Notes under the pieces: model-generated
What the model was told of the DNA's origin: nothing
The model's database searches: none
Seen by the model: the letters and a program-made list of their open reading frames with translations, nothing else
Assembly (NCBI GenBank): GCA_965655095.1
Contig: OZ296652.1
Coordinates: 55,552,001 to 55,616,000, forward strand
Direction of reading: 5' to 3'
Length of the DNA stretch: 64,000 bases
Source: Haplodiscus bocki
Lineage: Eukaryota
Shown: positions 13,001-25,000 of the stretch, piece by piece
Layout of the letters: the number at the start of each line of letters is the position of its first letter
Position numbering within the stretch: position 1 is the stretch's first letter
Position numbers and translations under genes: made by a program

Positions 13001-13693
13001 GTTGGTTTATTGGCGCAAAAACAGAGAAAATGACTTTTTTGACACTGTCGCATGTATTATTTGATAACGTTGACAGAAGTTTTTGAAAGATAAATTACGT
13101 TAGTTTTGTTAATAATTTGCATCAAGTAGAGCAAAGCAGTGTATTTTTGTGCTACTAAATTGAGAGTAAAATGGATGGAACCTTGGATAGAAACAAAGTT
13201 TGAGCCTTGGAACAAAATGATCTCTCAATATCGTTGTGTTTAACCACATTAGAATTGTAAAAAATGTGTTTTGCTTTACCGGTGTTTGTTAAATCCAAGC
13301 GGTGATGATCGGGTGTCACTTGTGTCAAATTGTTAAAAACCAGATCATCTGTCTCCAAAAGTAGCCTTGTTGTCGTTGTTTTCTTAAAAGACCGAGTTTT
13401 TCATTAGTGAATGCGAATTTTGGTACGAGGCCGTCTGTTGAAAAGATGAAATCAAAGCTTATCAATCTCGAAGTTTTTCATTGGCAATTGAAACCTTTTG
13501 GGAGATCTATATGTAGTAGTGCATTGCTCTATTGTTCCTATGGCAGCTAATCAATCCCCCCTCGGGGGGGGGGGCACTTCCGGTTTCATCGTTCCCACTG
13601 TTGAGCCACACAGGAAAGTCCATTGGCGCGCTGACGCGCGCCGATCGTCTCAACTAAAGCCCTACTTGCCGGCTTTGCCGTCATCTTTTCTAG
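10040..13693 (+). mobile_element. 3654-bp unit with a diverged 5' terminus, ~3.4 kb of AT-rich cargo and a type-A 3' end
   Basis: 5' end GTGGGCGGGGGCCGTTCCCCC...GGTAGGGTCCTG. Rejoins type-A sequence at ~13548 (AATCAATCCCCCCTCGGGG). Confidence 0.7.
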
Positions 13694-14693
13694 GTGGGCG
13701 GGGGCCTCATTCCCCTCAAAATTTGGGCAAGCGGGTAGGGTCCTGATTGCCCTTCTCAGTACCAAGTTTACGGATACAAAGCCCGGAGCTCAAAAATGCT
13801 AACTTTTAAACTAACCGTAAGATTTTGATGAGCGAGCGGCCCCCACCGTTTTTTTGGACGCTGATTACGATGGTAGCGGTCAAATTCTGATTGAAAACTC
13901 TGGGACCCCCATTTTGCCCCTTTTTGGGGTAAAAACGCCCCTTTTTTGCATATTTTGCAATTTTTCTCGCCAACGGTTGGTTTTAGCGGGTCGGGTGTGG
14001 AGTGCAAAAATGATCAGCGTCGGCCAGGGGTTATGGGGGGTATTTTTGTTTTGGGCCACATTTTCCCCCCTAAAAGTTCACTCCCCAGCCCACGCCCCCT
14101 ATAGGGGTTAATGTCCAGAAAGTCGGTGAAGGAGTGCTCGTAGCGTGTCCATGCATACGGGATGAATTGTAGTACTACTGGAGTGCTTTCCAGTGATATA
14201 GTTGTTTTGTGCATCGGTTTCCCCCCCTCGGAGACTATGCCCGAAATGTGGTTTTTTGGGCACTTAGACTGTTTTTTGAGGGGGAAGGAGTGTGTTTAGA
14301 GGCATGGATCGTATAGGCAATAATATGCGGCGCGTGCAAGCGAATCAGGGGAACCCATTTATGTCCTCTGTTTATGCCCGCTACGCAACATTTTTGCCCG
14401 CTACGCAAAAGTTTTGCCCGTTACTCCGATTTTTGGTCCAGAGTCATTATTTTACCGCAGATTTGCGCGCTTTTTGCGCCAAATCTGCGGTTGGACCACT
14501 CCAGTGGGCCTTCCCTGCTGCTACGACAGCAGTTCCTGTCACCAATCAATCCCCCCTCGGGGGGGGGGGCACTCCCCCGGTTTCATCGTTCCCACTGTTT
14601 TGAGCCACACACGAAAGTCCGTTGGCGCGCTATCGCGCGCCGATCGTCTTAACTAAAGCCCTACTTGCCAGCAGGCGCCCCCATTCCCTCTAG

Positions 14694-16105
14694 GTGGGCG
14701 GGGGCCATATTCCCCTCAGTATTTGGGCAAGCGGGTAGGGTCCTGATTGTACTTCTCAGTACCAAGTTTACGGATACAAAGCCCGGAGCTCAAAAATGCT
14801 AACTTTTAAACTAACCGTAAGATTTTGATGAGCGAGCGGCCCCCACCGTTTTTTTGGGCGCTGATTACGATGGTAGCGGTCAAATTTTGATTGAAAACTC
14901 TGGAACCCCCATTTTTGCCCCTTTTTGGGGTAAAAACGCCCTTTTTTGCATTTTTTTACGGTTTTTGGCCAAAAAGTCTAACTTTGTCCACACAACTAGT
15001 ATTGCAAGTGGCTGCATGCGGAAAGTGCGTCAATTGGTGGGAATAATCAGCTAAAGAACGCTGCCGTACGACAATCTCACGATGACTTATGTTTTTTTGA
15101 AGATGGTCCATAAACGGGTCTGAGACATGTTTTTCAAGTTAAAGGTCGCATAACTCGTCACACACTGGTCGATACGGTTTCAAGGCGGTGCTACCCCTTG
15201 TTCCCCGTCCACAGGTTAACAAATGCTTAGCAAGAGAAAAGTCCATAAAACCAAGTGGGAAAAAGTAATGACCCCTTCTTTGGAAAAAACGACACTTTTC
15301 CGAAATTTTGATATCATAAAATGCAATCTGTCGGCATTTTTTTTGTACAAAAGTTATGGTTTCATTCTGTGTTGCAACAGTTAGCCCATTTGATTTAGTT
15401 AGCTGGTGTTTTTTTGCTTTTCCAAAAATTTTCGTTTTTTTGTCTTGTTTCAGGCCACGAATTTTGACAAACCTGACAAGATTTTCAACAGAAGCCTTCT
15501 GATTTAAGTCGCCATAACTTTTTTCTGGTGCACTTTACGGATCATTCTTAGTGGCAATAAATGGTTCCTCTGGTGTGCAGAAAGGCGCATGTGAAGTTTC
15601 AAGTCAGTAGAAGCAGTTTGTCAAAAAAAACTTTGCGCTCAATTTTCCAAACTTCACTACCATTGAAAAAGGTTTTCAAAAAATTCAAATTTTTTTCAAT
15701 TTGACAACTTTTTATCTCACGGCTGGTTCAAATAAAGTTGCAAGACTTCCACAACAATACCTAGAGTACTTGAAACTAAGTCCCTCAGAGTGACGCCGTT
15801 CCCATTCGTCCGCAGGGCAAGGGGAACGGCGAACTCTTTTTTGCCCCTTATGTCAGTTTTTGGTCCCAAATCACTGTATTACCGCAGATTTGTGTGCTTT
15901 CAGCGCCAAACCTGCGGCTGGACCACTCCAGTGGGCCTTCCTAGATTGCACTACATTTCCTGCCGCCACTCAATCCCCCCTCGGGGCACTTCCGGTTTCG
16001 TTATTTTCGACTCTTAGCAACACTCGAAAGTCCGTTGGCGCGCTGTCGCGCGCCGATCGTCTCAACTAAAGCCCTACTTGCCGGCTATGCCGTCATCTTG
16101 TCTAG
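14694..16105 (+). mobile_element. Chimeric unit (type-A termini, type-B interior), 1412 bp
   Basis: Type-A 5' ~260 bp, then B-like interior, then a diverged type-A 3' part. The related chimera at 19128-20194 is 1067 bp. Confidence 0.75.
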
Positions 16106-19100
16106 GTGGGCGGGGGCCTCATTCCCCTCAATATTTGGGCAAGCGGGTAGGGTCCTGATTGCCCTTCTCAGTACCAAGTTTACGGATACAAAGCCCGGAG
16201 CTCAAAAATGCTAACTTTTAAACTAACCATAAGATTTTGATGAGCGAGCGGCCCCCACCGTTTTTTTGGACGCTGATTACGATGGTAGTGGTCAATTTTT
16301 GATTGAAAACTCTGGGACCCCCATTTTTGCCCCTTTTTGGGGTAAAAACGCCCATTTTTGCATATTTTTGGATTTTTCTCGCCAACGGTTGGTTTTAGCG
16401 GGTCGGGTGTGGAGTGCAAAAATGATCAGCGTCGGCCAGGGGTTACGGGGGGTATTTTTGTTTTGGGCCACATTTCCCCCCCCTAAAAGTTCACTCCCCA
16501 GCCCACGCCCCCTATAGGGGTAAATGTCCAAAAAGTCGATGAAGGAGTGCTCGTAGCGTGTCCATGCATGAGGGATGATTTGTAGTACTACTGGAGTGCT
16601 TTCCGCTGATATCCTTGTTTTGTGCATCAGTTCCCCCCCCCCCTCGGAGAATTTGCCGGAAATGTGGTTTTTTGGGCACGTAGACTGTTTTTTGAGGGGG
16701 AAGGAGTGCGTTTAGAGGCATGGAACGTATAAGCAATGATATGCAGCGTGTGCAGGCGCATCGGAGGAACCCATTTCCGCCCCCTGTTCATGCCCGCTAC
16801 GCAAAGTTTTTGCCCGCTACGCAAAATTTTCGCCCGTTTTTCCGATTTTTGGTCCAGAGTCACTTTTTTACCGCAGATTTGCGCGCTTTTTGCGCCAAAT
16901 CTGCGGCTGGACCACTCCAGTGGGCCTTCCCTGCTGCTACGACAGCAGTTCCTGTCACCAATCAATCCCCCCTCGGGGGGGGGGGGGCACTTCCCACTGT
17001 TTCATCGTTCCCACTGTTGAGCCACACAGGAAAGTCCGTTGGCGCGCTGTCGCGCGCCGATCGTCTCAACTAAAGCCCTACTTGCCGGCTTTGCCGTCAT
17101 CTTTTCTAGGTGGGCGGGGGCCATATTCCCCTCAATTTTTGGGCAGGCGGGTAGGGTCCTGGCTGCCCTCTATGTACCTAAGTTTACTGTCTCCGAGCTT
17201 GGGGTAAAAAAATGCTAACTTTTAAACTAACCATAAGAATTTGATGAGAGAGCGGCCCCCACCGTTTTTTTGGACGCTGATTACGATGGTAGTGGTTAAA
17301 ATTTGATTGAAAACTCTGGGACCCCCACTTTCGCCCCTTTTTGGGGTAAAAACGCCCATTTTTGCATATTTTTGGATTTTTTCTCGCCAACGGTTGGTTT
17401 TAGCGGGTCGGGTGTGGAGTGCAAAAATGATCAGCGTCGGCCAGGGGTTACGGGGGGTATTTTTGTTTTGGGCCACATTTCCCCCCCTAAAAGTTCACTC
17501 CCCAGCCCACGCCCCTTTTAGGGGTAAATGTCCAAAAAGTCGGTGAAGGAGTGCTCGTAGCGTGTCCATGCATAAGGGATGATTTGTAGTACTGCTGGAG
17601 TGCTTTCCAGTGATATAGTTGTTTTGTGCATCGGTTTCCCCCCCTCGGAGACTATGCCCGAAATGTAGATTTTTGGGCAGTTAGACTGTTTTTTGAGGGG
17701 AAGTGAAGGGGTTTGGAGGCATGGATCGTATAGGCAATAATATGCGGCGCGTGCAGGCGAATCAGGGGAACCCACTTACGCCCTCTGTTTATGCCCGCTA
17801 CGCAACATTTTTACCCGCTACGCAACATTTTTGCCCGCTACGCAACATTTTTGCCAGTTTTTCCGATTTTTTGTCCAGAGTCACTATTTTACCGCAGATT
17901 TGCGCGCTTTTTGCGCCAAATCTGCGGTTGGACCACTCCAGTGGGCCTTCCTTGCTGCTACGACAATTCCTGCCACCAACCAGAAATCCCCCCTCCGGGT
18001 GGGGCACTCGCCCGGTTTCATCGTTCCCACTGTGTTGAGCCACACACGAAAGTCCGTTGGCGCGCTCTCGCGCGCCGATCGTCTCAACTAAAGCCCTACT
18101 TGCCGGCAGGCGCCCCCATTCCCTCTAGGTGGGCGGGGGCCTCATTCCCCTCAAAATTTGGGCAAGCGGGTAGGGTCCTGATTGCCCTTCTCAGTACCAG
18201 GTTTACGGATACAAAGCCCGAAGCTCAAAAATGCTAACTTTTAAACTAACCGTAAGATTTTGATGCGCGAGCGGCCCCCACCGTTTTTTTGGACGCTGAT
18301 TACGATGGTAGTGGTCAAATTCTGATTGAAAACTCTGGGACCCCCATTTTTGCCCCTTTTTGGGGTAAAAACGCCCCTTTTTTGCATATTTTGCAATTTT
18401 TCTCGCCAACGGTTGGTTTTAGCGGGTCGGGTGTGGAGTGCAAAAATGATCAGCGTCGGCCAGGGGTTATGGGGGGTATTTTTGTTTTGGGCCACATTTT
18501 CCCCCCTAAAAGTTCACTCCCCAGCCCACGCCCCCTATAGGGGTAAATGTCCAAAAAGTCGGTGAAGGAGTGCTCGTAGCGTGTCCATGCATACGGGATG
18601 AATTGTAGTACTACTGGAGTGCTTTCCAGTGATATAGTTGTTTTGTGCATCGGTTTCCCCCCCTCGGAGACTATGCCCGAAATGTGGTTTTTTGGGCACT
18701 TAGACTGTTTTTTGAGGGGGAAGGAGTGTGTTTAGAGGCATGGATCGTATAGGCAATAATATGCGGCGCGTGCAAGCGAATCAGGGGAACCCATTTATGT
18801 CCTCTGTTTATGCCCGCTACGCAACATTTTTGCCCGCTACGCAAAAGTTTTGCCCGTTACTCCGATTTTTGGTCCAGAGTCATTATTTTACCGCAGATTT
18901 GCGCGCTTTTTGCGCCAAATCTGCGGTTGGACCACTCCAGTGGGCCTTCCCTGCTGCTACGACAGCAGTTCCTGTCACCAATCAATCCCCCCTCGGGGGG
19001 GGGCACTCCGCCGGTTTCATCGTTCCCACTGTGTTGAGCCACACACGAAAGTCCGTTGGCGCGCTATCGCGCGCCGATCGTCTTAACTAAAGCCCTACTT

Positions 19101-21944
19101 GCCAGCAGGCGCCCCCATTCCCTCTAGGTGGGCGGGGGCCTCATTCCCCTCAGTATTTGGGCAGGCGGGTAGGGTCCTGTCTGCCCTTCTATGTACCAAG
19201 TTTCCGGATACAAAGGCAATAGACCAGATTTTCGATTTTCTAAACTAACCTATAACTTTTGATGAGCGAGCGGCCCCCACCGTTTTTTTGGACGCTGATT
19301 ACGATGGTAGCGGTCAAATTTTGATTGAAAACTCTGGGACCCCATTTTTTGCATTTTTTTATGGTAAAATCGCCCTTTTTTGCATGTTTTTACGGTTTTT
19401 GGCCAAAAAGTCCAACTTTGTCCACACAACTAGTATTGCAAGTGGCTGCATGCGGAAAGTGCGTCAATCGGTGGGAATATTGAGCTAAAGAACGCTGCTG
19501 TACGACAATCTGACGTTGACTTATGTTCTTTTGAAGATGGTCAATGAACGGGTCTGAGACATGTTTTCGAAGTTAAACGTCGCATAACTCGTCACACACT
19601 GGTCGGAGCGGTTTCAAGGTGTTATTACTTCTTGTTGCCCATCTATAGGTCAACAAATGCTTAGCAGGAAAAAGGTCCACAAAACAAAGTGGGAAAAAGT
19701 TATGACCACTTTTTTCTAAAAAACCACACTTTTCTCTAATATTTCATCATAAAATGCAATCAGGCGGGATTTTTTTCGTGCGAAAATTATTGGTTTATTC
19801 TGTGTTGCAATAGTTAGCCCATTTGATGTAGTTTCCTGGTGTGTTTTTGTTTTTCCAAAAAATTTTTCACTTTTCTGACATGAAATTTTGGGGCCACGAA
19901 TTTTGACCTACCTGACCGGTTATGTGAGTTTTTGGTCTGAAATGACTTTAGTACCGCAGATTTGTGCGCTTTCTGCGCCAAATCTGCGGTTGGACCACCA
20001 GTGCTTCTAGTGGGCCTTGCTAGCTTCCACGACATTCATTTCCTGCCACCACTCAATCCCCCCTCGGGGCACTTCCGGTTTCGTTATTTTCGACGCTTGG
20101 CCATACTGGAAAGTCCGTTGGCGCGCTGTCGCGCGCCGATCGTCTCAACTAAAGCCCTACTTGCCGGCGGCGCCACTAATGCGGTAGCCGCTAGGTGGGC
20201 GGGGGCCATATTCCCCTCAATATTTGGGCAGGCGGGTAGGGTCCTGGCTGCCCTCTATGTACCTAAGTTTACTGTCTCCGAGCTTGGGGTAAAAAATGCT
20301 AACTTTTAAACTAACCATAAGAATTTGATGAGAGAGCGGCCCCCACCGTTTTTTTGGACGCTGATTACGATGGTAGTGGTTGAAATTTGATTGAAACATT
20401 TGGTACCCCCCCTTTTGCCCATTTTTGGGCTAAAAACGCCCATTTTTGCATATTTCGGGATTTTTCTCGCTAACAGTTGAGTTTAGCGGGTTGGATGTGG
20501 AGTGCAAAAATGATCAGCGTCGGCCAGGGGTTACTGGGCGTACTTTTGTTTTTCACCAACTTTCCCCCCCCCCTAAAAAGTTCACTTTCCAGCCCACGCC
20601 CCCTTAAGGGGTAAATTTCAAAAAGTCGGTGAAGGAGTGCTCGTAGCGTGTCCATGCTTATAGGATGATTTGTAGTACTAGTGGAGTGCATTCAGGTGAT
20701 ACAGTTAGTTTGTGCATCGGTTTCCCCCCTGGGAGACTTTGCCCAAAATGTGGTTTTTTGGGCACTTAAACCGTTTTTTGAGACGGAAGGAAGTTGTTTA
20801 GAGGTATGGAACGTATAGGCAATAATATGCAGTGCATGCAGGCGAACCGGGGCAACCCATTTGTGCCCTCTGTTTATGCCCTATACGCAAAGTTTTTGCC
20901 CGCTACGCAACATTTTTGCCCGCTACGCAACATTTTTCCCCGTTATGTCTGTTTTTGGTCCAAAAACACTATATTACCGCAGATTTGTGGGCTTTTAGCG
21001 GGCACCGTTGTTTTTGAAACGAAGCAGTCATCGGAGCTTCGGCATGCATGAGAATGAATTGTAGTACTAATCGAGAGCTTTCCAGTGGTACTTTTGTTTT
21101 GGTGTTCACATTCCCCCCTCGGAGTTTTTGCTTGTTCTGTTAATTTTCCTCTAACAAAGCCTAACTATGACCGCGAATGGTTTTGTCTCGGGGTGACTGG
21201 AACGTGTGCAAAAATCATTGGCCTACAGAAATTGTATACAACATGCGAAAGAGCGAATATGCTGAATATTCCATTTGAATTTTATCGATTTTTTGTTTCC
21301 TCCTTTCAACGGCGTAAATATAAACAAAACTAGTCTAGTAAATTTTTTGTCAAATTCTCTCAATTCTTTATTTTCAATTTCTTCATTGAACAGATGGACT
21401 CAAATGATAATCTACAGTCATTCATCATTTTTCATTCAGATCATTCTTTTTCAGCTACATCGAGTCTCTATAAAGTGCAGGATTATGTAAGTTTTTGCAC
21501 CTCAACCTAAGTATAAAGCCATTGTTTTTTCTATCCAGTATTATGTTTCAGTGCAACGATCTCGTCTCCCTTTGAAGTTTCTGGAAATTTGTAAATTTTT
21601 GTAATCAGCTGTTCTCTATTGTTGATACTACGATTCGTGACAGAAAATTTAACCAAAACTTTTTCTTGATTGCAGTTATCCTCCCGGGTTCAAGTTTATA
21701 ATGACGAATATTTTGGTTAATGTCAGCATGTGATTCTGTACACCATTTTCAGACAGCACATGATGATGATGAAATTGCACAAGCTGCTCTCTAAAGTTCA
21801 TCCCCTCTGTTGAAAGCTTTGTCGAGGTTAGACATAGTATTTCGACATCCTTTATTTTTCATCTAATCTTTGTTTGAAAGAAACAATTTATAGGATATGA
21901 TAGCATGGTACAAGCTACGATCACATGATATAACATGTGAAATG

Positions 21945-22048
21945 ATATGATAAGATAGGATAAAGTAAGATAGGATAGGATAGGATAGGATAGGATAGAA
22001 TAGGATAAAATAGGATAGAATAAGATAGGATAAGACGATACGATAAGA
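21945..22048 (+). repeat. Imperfect (GATAG/GATAA)n pentanucleotide microsatellite
   Basis: GATAAGATAGGATAAAGTAAGATAGGATAGGATAGG..., immediately upstream of the Rep-helicase ORF. Confidence 0.9.
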
Positions 22049-22086
22049 TTGTGTAGTATTAAATCAAACTGTTTGTTAATTATTAT

Positions 22087-25000
22087 ATGTCTTTATTGAA
22101 GTTTTCATTGTTAACAGCTGCGATGGTCCGTAGATCGAAAAAGAAGTCGCGATCCCGAAGTCGGAATACTAGAGGTGAATTCTCCAGGACTACAACTGAC
22201 ATTGACAATTTTCTGGTTGATGCAAACTACGAATCACAAACTGATGTTTTCACTGTTGAGGCGTCTGTCGAATTTGAAGCACTGGACTCATTTGACGACC
22301 GAATCATCGATTCTCGTAATTCATCTCAGGAAGAACCGGTCAACATTGACCAAGAACATGAAGCTGCTTTCTTTGACTGTTTTGATATCAGTTCCCAATT
22401 CGATTTAGCTAGCTCGTCTGGAACTGAACTTCCGGGTGGTGAACTGTCTGAGCAAGAGAAATTACCTGACTGTGTCGATGAAGTTTTTGAAAAGTTTGGT
22501 GATACCATGAATGTTCTGAAACGTGTAGATACTAAAGCTCTGTCTGAGAGAAAACGTTTTCTCGTCGATCCTAATGTCCTTGTTAACACATGTGACAAAT
22601 GCTATCGAGAGTCAACTGATACGTATCCGCTTGATATTCAACCGACTAATACTCTTAATGTAAACAACAATTTGTATTTCGGAGCTCCTCTTGTTAATAA
22701 TTCGTCGTCTAAAATCTGTTCACTCTGCACGCGATATCTGTCTTGTCGGCAGTGGAAATACGCTTGGGCTGCTGTTCTCTGCACTCTTCTGTTTTTCGGT
22801 TCCCATCTTGGTTGTAACGGAGAATACTTCTTTTCTCTTTTACCGTGCACATTTTCAAGTTCATGGCAGTCAGCTGCTGTAAATGCCGGTTTCAATGACA
22901 TGTCTCTACCTCTTTTCAACGACTTCACGGTTATAGAGCATGATTTCACTGTGTTAATTGAACAGAAAAAAGCAAAAGCTCTGAAGTATGGGTTGAACTT
23001 TTTCACGTTCCCCTTTGTTAAATGCCCCTATGGATGCTCCGCGCAAGTCTCAGCTGTTGGTCAGACTACATTTAAGCACATGCTGAACTTCTTATTTCCG
23101 CTCTTCACTGCTTTCAAGGCAAACCGAAGAAGACTAAGAGGCATGAGACAAGATTTTTTGACAGGGATTCTTCATTTAAAATTGTTCATGTCTTCCCCAT
23201 GTCTAGCCGTCGACGATAACGGCCTCAATTTAGTGACGTGCTCCTTGCATAATAATGCAATCAACAAAAGTTTCATTCACATTGCTTCGTCTCCTTTCGG
23301 AAATCTCATTCATCCGCATGCTGACAGGCTAGGACTTATAGGAACGAAACTACGTTCAGTAACTCCCAGCAAAGTCGGTGTTTTTTCCAACAGCTACACA
23401 ATGGCAACAAGCGTTGGTGGAGCCGAAGGTATTAGTGCAGTTCAACTCAGCAGCTCGAGACTGCTCAATATAAAAAGTCCACAACTCCTTCCTCAGACAG
23501 AAAGTTTGTTTGTGAACTATAGAGTTGATTTGCATAATTTTTTGAGGAATTTGCAAAATAACCATGAAATTGATGAGAACTTTGTTCTGTCTTTGTTCGA
23601 TTGTTCTGATCTACCTTCAGTCAGCAACGTTGAAACGCATATAAAATCGTCTACTTACATAACACTTTTTTCAATGCTGTCACTTCATACGTTTCTGAAA
23701 AATACAACATCACTAAAAACTTGCATACCGCCGTCACTGATTATCAGCCACAACCCAGATTCCTTTGGAGCCAAACCATTCTTTCCGCCGGCCTCATTTC
23801 TGCGAAAAAATATTAGCTTCTTTGTCTTATGCCAGTGGTTCACGAATTTCGAGTTTTTCGGACACATGCTGCTGAATATATGTAACACTCATCAGTTTCT
23901 GTTTTCTTACCTGTCAACACTGTTCAAAGGATATCCCGTGCCATTGACACGTGGAGTGGATCTTACATGTAAAACGTTCAGTTTAGCACCACATTCGTTC
24001 TACCAAGATACCAACTTCAATTTGTTGGCTCAAGTTGTAGAGAGCCTGCCCTTTTGTGAATTGGTTTACTGTCCCACACGTAGCCACATTCTTCAAATTG
24101 ATACACAATCAGGTATCACATCGTCAAATGTTAAAGTTCATGCCATAGTCATTGTTTGCAATGAAGGTTGGTCCCGCCCATTCGATGTTCCAGAATACAT
24201 TTTACTGTTTGGAAAAAATTACCGTCTTGTAAATGTAGGTGGACAGGATCTGAATGAAATCTTCTTACGATACGGTGGTTCTTTTGAGCATTGGTGGCAA
24301 TTCACTGTGAGTAATCATGTTTGCACGAAAACTTCACCTGGGTTTGTTTTTCCGCCAAATTTGAAACGTAACTGGCGTTTTCTCTTGTACTTGGACAACT
24401 ACCGCCAATTGCTTGACCAAACGTCATGCCTCCAATTCTTTTCCACGCAAGATTTTGTGCATTGCACAGAGCACTCCGTGCCTTTGTCGACTGATTTGAA
24501 TGACACGCTCTACAAGTGTTCTGTAAGTGGCTGCTCAAGGAAGTCGCGATGGCGGTGTCCAAAAGTTGATTGTAGTGCTTGCTGTTGTTTGAAGCATTTT
24601 AGAGCCTTCAGTGGAAGAAATCAAGTTGTTTTCGTGTCACCTTCAGATTTCGTAGATTACCAACGTGATTCTGCAGAAAGTTCAAGCTCGCTTAGAAGCG
24701 ATGGTAACTTTGTAGAAAAGGCTGATTATGAAGAATTTTCCTTCGAGGGTTTGAATGAAACAGGATTGTTTAATGAGCCACTACTGCAAAGTGAAGCCAC
24801 CTATAATACACCTTTGACTGAAAATGCTTCTTCTGAGAATGTTGTACCCCTCCATATTCTGTTCAACAAAGCCTTACCGATCTTTAGACGTTCCGGCGGT
24901 AAACCTGATACTTTATCTAAAAAATTTTTGAGGTTCTTTCAGAACTTTGTTGCATCAAATCCAGGAGAGATTGTTTCATTCCTTCAAGTAGAGTCTCTTC

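Noticed and set aside
1-20990. Dozens of 60-180-aa ORFs in the repeat units
   Set aside because: They occur in all frames and on both strands and are broken by homopolymer indels between copies, so they are by-products of a GC-rich non-coding repeat.
21394-21701. Possible tiny three-exon ORF upstream of the transposase
   Set aside because: Splice signals can be threaded but give only ~56 aa with no recognisable motif, which is unsupported without transcripts.
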